From an uncultured Alphaproteobacteria bacterium (GTDB lineage Bacteria; Pseudomonadota; Alphaproteobacteria; Rhizobiales; Methyloligellaceae), in the NCBI GenBank assembly GCA_963804515.1, contig CAWDQR010000008.1, forward strand, positions 161,098 to 225,097: 64,000 nt of DNA. The letters run 5' to 3'. The notes under the pieces are model-generated. The model saw only the letters and a program-made list of their open reading frames with translations. It made no database searches and was not told the DNA's origin. The position numbers were made by a program, and so were the translations under genes. Each line of letters starts with the position of its first letter. Within the stretch, counting starts at the first letter, position 1. Below are positions 55,967-64,000 of the stretch, in pieces.

Positions 55967-56657
55967 CTGCCCCCGCTTGGCTAGCCAAAGCCATGAGTCG
56001 CCGCAAAACTCGGCAACGCATTGGATCGCGGCATAATCCGCCCGAAACATGGCAGAAAGCGGCGAGCGGGCCTGCGAACGCGCCGGCCGCAGGGCCCTAG
56101 CCCGCGTCGGACAGGCCAGGGATCGGGACCCCGAAGGTCTGCAGGATCAGAATTGAGTTCAGCGCGAGCACGAGGATGGTGCCGACCAGCGCCAAAATAT
56201 TGGTGAGCCCGCCGCGCTGGCCGGCAAGCACATGCTGCGCTTTGGCAACGGTGCCTCGGTCAGCGTTTTCGGCCGGTTAATGACCCGATTGATCGGGCTC
56301 AGCATGACTTTCCCTCTCTGGCGGGGAAGGGCTCAGCGGGAAGGGCTGAACAAGAGAGCGCAATCTATCTCACATAAGAATAATTTGCAAATGCAACTAG
56401 GCCGCTTGAGTACCCACCGGTACGGCTTTGCCTCCAGCCAAAAATTGCAGCAAATACAGAGTATAGATCGCCTTCTTCAGATTTTTGTATCAATTGTAGA
56501 GATAATTTTAGCTTAACATCTGTGAGAGTGCCACCCGCCTTAACCAAGCTGGCAAAAACATTAAACCTTGTGTTCGGAAATGTTGCACTGCCGCAATCAG
56601 GCCCAGGTTGATGACTATTGCTGCTTGCTTTGGTTCCAACGAGGGGGAGTGATCGTC

Positions 56658-57152
56658 ATGATCGAATCACTGCGGAGCGCCGCAGCCGTCAACACCAACG
56701 TCCCACCCCAGCCGGCCCGAGAGCCGGCAAAAGAGCCCTTGAGGGAGCCAGTCAAGGAGCCGGCCAAGGAGGAGGTCATGCCCCTCCGCCAACCCGAGCC
56801 CCCTGGCGAAGCGGCCACACTCTCCGCGGCGATTCAGCGCCTCATTGCCGAGCGGGACGGCCATCGGAGCCGCGCGGGCAGTCAGGAGCAGGAGCTCGCC
56901 AAGCTCCGCGCTGTCAATGAGGAGCTTCGCCGGCAGCACGAACATACCGCGCTGATCCGCGACCATTACATGCGGCTCGCCACCGAGGTCCTCACCACGC
57001 TCAAGCATATCGACTACACCATCCACGAGGTGGTGCAGAAGACGCTCGGGGCCAATGGCGGCAATGAGAGCCGCCACGCCACCCTGATCTCGCTCGCGCG
57101 CCGGCTCTCGCCGAAAGGGGGCGCCAACGGCCATCCGGAGATCCATGCGTGA
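56658..57152 (+). CDS. hypothetical coiled-coil protein with EP(A/L/V)(K/R) repeats
   Basis: G-rich RBS; REPAKEPLREPVKEPAKE then heptad-like helix. Confidence 0.7.
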   Translation: MIESLRSAAAVNTNVPPQPAREPAKEPLREPVKEPAKEEVMPLRQPEPPGEAATLSAAIQRLIAERDGHRSRAGSQEQELAKLRAVNEELRRQHEHTALIRDHYMRLATEVLTTLKHIDYTIHEVVQKTLGANGGNESRHATLISLARRLSPKGGANGHPEIHA

Positions 57153-57202
57153 CCTAGCGCGTCGACCTCAGTTCCAACCGTCGCAGGGGGGGCCCGCGGG
57201 AT

Positions 57203-57259
57203 CATGCCGCGCTATTTCTTCCATCTCGTGTCCCCCACCAATCCGGTCCGGGACACCTG
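57203..57259 (+). pseudogene. DUF6894-like N-terminal fragment
   Basis: MPRYFFHLV then stop after 18 codons. Confidence 0.4.
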
Positions 57260-57338
57260 AGGGAAGAGATCGCGCAAAGGCAGGGCGCCGATCTGCTCCA
57301 TTCTGTTTATGTCAGAGCCATGGTTCGCGAGCTCGCCG

Positions 57339-57652
57339 ATGGCAGACAGTGTAAAGGCGGCTGCCGCTCGCATCGACACCTGCGTTCGCCAACGATTTTT
57401 TTTGAGGACGGCGATTTCGGCGGCACCCGCGGCTTTCTTGGCCCGGGCGCGTCCGCCGCGCCGGAGGTTCGGATCGAGACTGACGCCGCCGGCCTCTATT
57501 GCAGTTGGACCGCCGGTCGCGGGCGATGACGGCACTGACGCGCTTGGGGCGCCGATCGACGCTGAGTCCGGCATCACTCGGGCGTGCCGGTCGAGGTTCA
57601 TGTCGATGCCCTCGCGCCGGTCGGGGCCGAGCTCCGCGCCGATACCTATTAG
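57339..57652 (+). pseudogene. degenerate paralog of the adjacent acidic secreted protein
   Basis: PAFANDF[T8 shift]FEDGDFGGTRGFLGPGASAAPEV ... ADTY* parallels 57776-58087. Confidence 0.6.
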
Positions 57653-57775
57653 GACCTCACGTCCGAACGACATCCTCGTCACCGGGACCGGAGAGCCGCT
57701 CACCAAATGGGAACCAATTTCTGGTCTTCTAGGTTGCCCTTTCTAGCGGAGGGTATGCCAAAGGAGGCTATCGAG

Positions 57776-58087
57776 ATGGCAAACAGTCTCTACCGTTGTG
57801 CCGCCGCCCTCATGCTGCTTGGCGGCGTGACGCTCGCGTCGGCGTCTATATCCGCCCCTGCCTTCGCCAACGATTTCTCCGAAGACGGCTCTTTCGGCGG
57901 CACCTACGGCTACATCGGCCCCGGCGCGTCTGCGCTTCCCGATGTGGATGTGGATGTCGGCCCGTTCGGCGCCCGGGTCTACGTGGCGCCGGATATCGCC
58001 TTCGGCTCGCCCGCTGATGATACTATCCCGGAAGCGGGCTGGGCGCCGATCGCGCCGCAAGTCGAAATCGACGCCGGCGCCTATTAG
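57776..58087 (+). CDS. secreted acidic Gly/Asp-rich protein
   Basis: RBS AAGGAGG; signal peptide ending AFA; NDFSEDGSFGGTYGYIGPGASALPDVDVDV. Confidence 0.7.
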   Translation: MANSLYRCAAALMLLGGVTLASASISAPAFANDFSEDGSFGGTYGYIGPGASALPDVDVDVGPFGARVYVAPDIAFGSPADDTIPEAGWAPIAPQVEIDAGAY

Positions 58088-58357
58088 CGCTTTCGCAGCG
58101 ACGCCATCCGTCGCACTTCCCCTCTTGCCTCGGGGGTCCTCAATGGGGAGAGGTGAAGTAATCCCCGGCCTTGGTGACCGCATTAAACTCCTCTGATCCT
58201 TCGCTCGGCGCTCCGCAGGTCCTTTTAGGGCAAGCCCTATCCCCTCGCGCTCACGCAGCGGCGAGGCTATCAGGCCTGGCTCTTCATCCCCGCGAGGGGG
58301 AGGGATGGCCTTCGTAGGGGGGTGCCGTCTCGCTAGGAGGCCCACCATGGATGCGCT

Positions 58358-58837
58358 ATGCACAGTCCGGCAGAAGACGAGGCAGAGACCTTAAGGCATG
58401 AGGAGACCAACGCCATGACCATCAACAAGGCGCTGATCACCACAGCGGTGGTGGCAGCTACGATTGGCTTGGCTCTTCTGCTCGAGCGGTCGGCGCACAC
58501 GCCGGGCGAGGTCAAGGGGGAGCAGCTCCTGGTCGCGGACCTTGCCGGGGAGCCCGACAAGGAGGTCAACATGCAGCTCTATACGTTCCCGCCTGGCGCC
58601 TCCGTGCCCTGGCACATCCATGCGGACGCGCATGAATTCGACTATGAGCTTGAGGGCACGGTCACGCTACAGATAGAAGGGCAGGGGTCGAAGCCGCTGA
58701 AGCAGGGAGAGGCGGTCTATGTGGCGCCGAACGTCGTGCATCGCGGGCTGAATGTGAGCCGCACGCAGCCGGCCAAGGTCTTGGTGGTGCGGGTGAAGCC
58801 GAAGGAGAGCCCGCTCACCACGGAGGTGCAGCCATAA
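58358..58837 (+). CDS. cupin domain protein (start may be ~58415)
   Basis: PPGASVPWHIHADAHEFDYELEG, PNVVHRG.N. Confidence 0.85.
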   Translation: MHSPAEDEAETLRHEETNAMTINKALITTAVVAATIGLALLLERSAHTPGEVKGEQLLVADLAGEPDKEVNMQLYTFPPGASVPWHIHADAHEFDYELEGTVTLQIEGQGSKPLKQGEAVYVAPNVVHRGLNVSRTQPAKVLVVRVKPKESPLTTEVQP

Positions 58838-58893
58838 CATGGTCCCGAAAAGTTGCAGACTTTTCGGACAATATCATGCGCCAACATTGGACT

Positions 58894-59370
58894 CTAAGCC
58901 GCGGGCGGGTTGGCGCGGAGGCTTGCCTGCGACAGCGCGTAAATGCCGATGCCCCAAGCGGCGAGCGCCATCAGCCAGTTGCCGACATTGTCGTAAGCAT
59001 CAAGCCGCATGCCGAAATGGTCGGAGGTGAAGGTGCCGAATCCGGCGAACAGCGTATAGAAGACGGCGAAGGCGAGCACGAAGGCGATCGACAGGCGCGG
59101 CATGAAGAAGCCGATGACGCTGCCGGCGAGGCCCCAGACGAGGTTCACGGAGGCGTGGATCGGATCGAGGCCGAAGCCTGGGCCGAACCGGCCGGGATCG
59201 GTGCCGAAGCCGTAATAGGCGTAAGAGCCGAGCACGATCGCGCTCTGGATGAGGAAAAACAGGCTGAGCCGCGCCGTCCAGACCACGAGCGGCACGCCGT
59301 TGACCTCGATCGATTCCTCGATCCGATCCTCGTCGAATTGCGGCTTATCGGCTGGCTGCGGTTCCGCCAT
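58894..59370 (-). CDS. membrane protein, DUF4383-like
   Basis: Four TM helices; LDPIHASVNLVWG, DNVGNWL. Confidence 0.6.
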   Translation of the reverse strand: MAEPQPADKPQFDEDRIEESIEVNGVPLVVWTARLSLFFLIQSAIVLGSYAYYGFGTDPGRFGPGFGLDPIHASVNLVWGLAGSVIGFFMPRLSIAFVLAFAVFYTLFAGFGTFTSDHFGMRLDAYDNVGNWLMALAAWGIGIYALSQASLRANPPAA

Positions 59371-59478
59371 CAAGCCCCCTCTTGGCTTTGCGCCGTTGCT
59401 TTGCTTAGAGCATAGCCGATCGGGCGGGCGCTCGACAGCGCCAAGGCGGGCTTGAGGGGGAAGCGAAGGGACGGCGCG

Positions 59479-60596
59479 ATGCAGGATGGTCCTCTCCAGC
59501 GCTATCGCTCCATGGTGTTCAAGGGCGAGCTCGCCCCCGACACCGCGCAGGAGCTTGCCGCCGAGAAGTTGCAGCTGCTCGGAAACCGGCTCGCGCAATA
59601 TACCGAACCGCGTCTCGGCGATTTGCTCAATCCCTTCAAGCGCCGCGTGGCGCCGGAGGGCCTTTACCTCTATGGCGGGGTCGGCCGCGGCAAGACCCTG
59701 CTGCTCGATCTCTTCTTCGAGGCGGTGCCTTTCACGCCGAAACGCCGGGTCCACTTTCAGGAATTCATGGCCGAGGCGCATGACGCGATCGAACGCGCCC
59801 GGAAAGCGGCCGCAGATCCGATCGCAAGCGCCGCGGAGGAGATCGCCTCAAGCGCGGCGCTGCTTTGCTTCGACGAGCTGGAGATTACCGACATCGCCGA
59901 TGCCATGATCCTGGGCCGGCTGTTCCAGCATCTCTTCGCGAGCCAACGTCGTCATCGTCGCCACCTCCAATACCCCGCCGGGCGAGCTCTATCGCGGCCG
60001 TCTCAACCGGCCGCTGTTTCAGCCCTACATCGCGTTGATCGAGCAGCGCATGGAGACGCATGAGCTGGAAGCGGCCAAGGACTACCGGCTCGAGAAGCTG
60101 CAAGGCAACGATCTTTATCTGACGCCTGCGGATGCGCGCGCCGGTGCCGCCATGGATTTGAGCTGGCGTAAAACTCACGGGGCGGGAGTGCGGGGATCCT
60201 CAGACCCTCAACCACAAGGGCCGCAGCGTCCTCGTGCCGCAAGCAGAGCGTGGGGTCGCTCGCTTCTCCTTTGCCGATCTCTGCGAGGCGCCGCTTGGGC
60301 CCCTCGACTATCAGCGCATCGCCCACACCTATCATACGCTGATGGTGGAGGAGATCCCGGTGCTCGGCCCCGAGCAGCGCAACGCCGCGCGGCGCCTCAT
60401 TACCCTGATCGACGTGCTTTACGACCACGGCGTCGGGTTGATCGCCTCGGCCGAGGCCGAGCCGCACGCGCTCTACCCTGAAGGCGACGGCGCCGAAAGC
60501 TTCGCCCGCACCGCCTCGCGGCTCATGGAGATGCGCTCCGAGGCTTATCTCCGGCAGCGCCCAAGACGCGCAAGCGATGCCCGCAAACCGGCTTAG
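59479..60596 (+). CDS. zapE: cell division ATPase ZapE (AFG1 family), two +1 frameshifts (~59942, ~60172)
   Basis: LYGGVGRGKT, RVHFQEFM, FDELEITDIADAMILGRL, VIVATSN, DYR, RRLITLIDVLYD, RTASRLMEM across three frames. Confidence 0.9.
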
Positions 60597-60637
60597 CGCC
60601 TCGCCATAAGCTTGCACGTAAGCGCGATTGCCAGTAA

Positions 60638-61687
<1,050 letters not shown>

Positions 61688-61720
61688 TCGCCAGTACCCG
61701 CCCGAGACGTAGGCTCAGCC

Positions 61721-62890
61721 ATGAACATCCATGAGTATCAGGCGAAGGCGTTGCTTCGCGACTATGGCGCGCCGGTGACGGAAGGCCATGTGGCCGTCTC
61801 TGCGGAGGAGGCCGAGCGCGCCGCCAAGGCCCTCAAATCCGATGCCTGGGTGGTGAAGGCGCAGATCCATGCCGGCGGCAGGGGCAAGGGCGGCGGCATC
61901 AAGTTCGTGAGAAGCCTCGAAGAGCTTCGCGGGCAAGCGGAGCGCATGCTGAGCAAGCCGCTGATCACGCCCCAGACGGGGCCCAGGGGCAGGATCGTGC
62001 GCCGTGTCTATGTGGTCCACGACACGACGATCGAGCGGGAGCTCTATCTCTCGCTTCTCGTCGACCGCGACAGCGGTAGCGTCGCCTTCATCGCCTCCAC
62101 CGAAGGTGGCGTGGACATCGAGGCGGTCGCTGCCGCAAGCCCCGACAAGATCGCCACGCTCACCGTTGATCCTGCAGCGGGCCTCTGCCCCTTCCATACC
62201 CGCATCATCGCCTCCGCGCTCAAGCTCGAGGGCGCCCAGGCCAAGCAGTGCGCCGCCCTTATCGGCGCGCTCTACCGGCTTTTCCTGGAGAAGGATGCGA
62301 GCCTGATCGAGATCAATCCGCTGGTGGTGACCAAGGAAGGTGGCCTCGTCTGCCTCGACGCCAAGATGGCGTTCGACGACAATGCGCTATTCCGCCACCC
62401 CGACATCGCCGCCTTGCGCGACTTCGATGAGGAGGAGCCGGCCGAGGTCGAGGCGTCGCGGCAAGGCCTTTCTTACGTGAAGCTCGACGGCACCATCGGC
62501 TGTATGGTCAATGGCGCGGGCCTTGCCATGGCGACCATGGACATCATCAAGCTTTATGGCGGCGAGCCTGCTAATTTTCTCGACGTCGGCGGCGGCGCGT
62601 CCAAGGAGAGGGTGGCGCAGGCGTTCAAGATCATCCTGTCCGATCCGCATGTGAATGGCGTTCTGGTGAATATCTTCGGCGGCATCATGCGCTGCGACAC
62701 CATTGCCGAGGGAATCATCGCCGCCGCGCGTGAGATCAACATCGCCGTGCCGCTGGTGGTGCGGCTGGAAGGCACCAACGTCGCCCGCGGCACGGCGCTG
62801 TTGCAGGAGTTGGGGCTGGCCATCATCCCGGCAGACGATCTCGACGACGCCGCGCGGAAGGTCGTGGCGGCAATCAAGGCCGCGGCGTGA
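61721..62890 (+). CDS. sucC: succinyl-CoA synthetase beta subunit
   Basis: [39 protein letters not shown]; follows mdh. Confidence 0.93.
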   Translation: MNIHEYQAKALLRDYGAPVTEGHVAVSAEEAERAAKALKSDAWVVKAQIHAGGRGKGGGIKFVRSLEELRGQAERMLSKPLITPQTGPRGRIVRRVYVVHDTTIERELYLSLLVDRDSGSVAFIASTEGGVDIEAVAAASPDKIATLTVDPAAGLCPFHTRIIASALKLEGAQAKQCAALIGALYRLFLEKDASLIEINPLVVTKEGGLVCLDAKMAFDDNALFRHPDIAALRDFDEEEPAEVEASRQGLSYVKLDGTIGCMVNGAGLAMATMDIIKLYGGEPANFLDVGGGASKERVAQAFKIILSDPHVNGVLVNIFGGIMRCDTIAEGIIAAAREINIAVPLVVRLEGTNVARGTALLQELGLAIIPADDLDDAARKVVAAIKAAA

Positions 62891-62965
62891 GGCTCCTCAG
62901 CGACAAGAAGTCTTCTCGCGTGGAGAGCGGGGGTATTCTCATGGCTCGGAGTGGGGCGTTGAGGC

Positions 62966-63784
62966 ATGGCGTTTGTTGAAGGCGTGATGCGACCGTGCCC
63001 GCAATGCGGGAGCGAAGCGTTTCAATCGCTGCCGGGCTACTCGGCCGCCCCCTGGGAGATCGTTAAATGCTCCCCTTGCGGTTTCGTCTTCTTACGCAAC
63101 CCGCCTGACTACAAGCACCTCGTCAGCGAGTTCGCCTGGGAGAAGACCCGGGTGGCAGAGGTCGAGCGGCGCAAATCGCGCAGCCCCGTCCGCATGTGGC
63201 GCGACCGCATGACGCGCTGGTGCGCCGGCATCTACTCGCCCGGGATTACCGGACGGCTCAAGCGCATGTTCGCACCTGGCCGCGTCCTCGACGTGGGTTG
63301 CGGCTCGGGGAAAAAGGTGCCGGAGCCGTTCATCCCGTTCGGCATCGAGATTTCCGAGGAGCTCCGCCGCGCCGCAGACGCGCATATGAGCGCCCGCGGC
63401 GGCCGCGCCATTCATGCGCCCGCGGTGGAGGGGGTGAAGGAATTTCCGGACCGCTACTTCACCGGCATCCTGCTGCGCTCCTTTCTCGAGCATGAAGCGC
63501 AGCCGAAAGCGCTGCTTGCGCAATGCGCCCGCGTGCTGACCGATGACGGCGCCGTCTATGTGCGCGCGCCGAATTTCGGGAGCCTCAACCGGCGCGTTCT
63601 CGGCGCCAAATGGTGCGGGTTCCGCTACCCCGATCATGTGAATTACTTCACCACTCGGTCGCTTGCCGCCCTGGCGGGCGGCGGGCTGAGGCTCACGCTG
63701 CTCAACCCCGTTCGCCTTCCCCTCGACGACAACATCAACGCGGTCCTCAAGCGGGGACGGGACGTATCAGCGGTGCATGCCTGA
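62966..63784 (+). CDS. class I SAM-dependent methyltransferase with N-terminal CxxC...CxxC
   Basis: [34 protein letters not shown]. Confidence 0.9.
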   Translation: MAFVEGVMRPCPQCGSEAFQSLPGYSAAPWEIVKCSPCGFVFLRNPPDYKHLVSEFAWEKTRVAEVERRKSRSPVRMWRDRMTRWCAGIYSPGITGRLKRMFAPGRVLDVGCGSGKKVPEPFIPFGIEISEELRRAADAHMSARGGRAIHAPAVEGVKEFPDRYFTGILLRSFLEHEAQPKALLAQCARVLTDDGAVYVRAPNFGSLNRRVLGAKWCGFRYPDHVNYFTTRSLAALAGGGLRLTLLNPVRLPLDDNINAVLKRGRDVSAVHA

Positions 63785-64000
63785 TGTCAGTGCTCGTCGA
63801 TCGCCACACCAGGGTGATCTGCCAGGGCTTCACCGGCGCGCAAGGAACCTTCCATTCCGAGCAGGCCATTGCCTATGGCACCCGCATGGTCGGCGGCGTG
63901 ACGCCCGGCAAGGGCGGCACCATGCATATTGGCCTGCCCGTATTCGACACGGTGCTCGAGGCCGTGCGCGAGACCGGGACCGATGCGAGCGTCGTCTATG
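63784..64000 (+). CDS. sucD: succinyl-CoA synthetase alpha subunit (runs off window)
   Basis: [41 protein letters not shown]; TGATG overlap with the upstream gene. Confidence 0.97.
   Translation, partial: MSVLVDRHTRVICQGFTGAQGTFHSEQAIAYGTRMVGGVTPGKGGTMHIGLPVFDTVLEAVRETGTDASVVY

Noticed and set aside
61721-62890. Malate thiokinase mtkA instead of sucC
   Set aside because: Position after mdh and the MNIHEYQAK...GGRGK signature fit SucC better; not excluded without a phylogeny.

Overview
High-GC alphaproteobacterial chromosome segment (Hyphomicrobiales, most like Methyloceanibacter; this is inferred from protein style, gene order, pqqA and mch). Left third (~1-20.6 kb): a mosaic accessory region ending at tRNA-Ser(CGA) (20583-20672, minus). 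It holds an IS110 fragment, a candidate anti-SD sRNA, an inverted 3' half copy of the same tRNA, and two perfect FNR/FixK boxes flanking a His/Tyr-rich secreted peptide. It also holds an IS630-disrupted HEPN gene with a PD-(D/E)XK nuclease downstream, paired small 'KARELGW' proteins, a small c-type cytochrome, a DUF499 ATPase remnant, and a decayed DUF3489/DUF2924/large serine recombinase element. Right two thirds: mostly core genes - rplU-rpmA-GNAT-obgE-proB-proA-nadD-rsfS-rlmH-envC-ctpA-polysaccharide deacetylase-rppH, MMPL, atpHAGDC, PadR, priA, xerC, OFA-family MFS, an orphan pqqA absent from the ORF track, SMR-mch-sodC-sdhCDAB, zapE-mdh-sucC-[methyltransferase]-sucD. Many single-base frameshifts sit in short homopolymers, so some pseudogene calls may be sequencing errors. 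All family assignments are by motif recognition; no database search was run.
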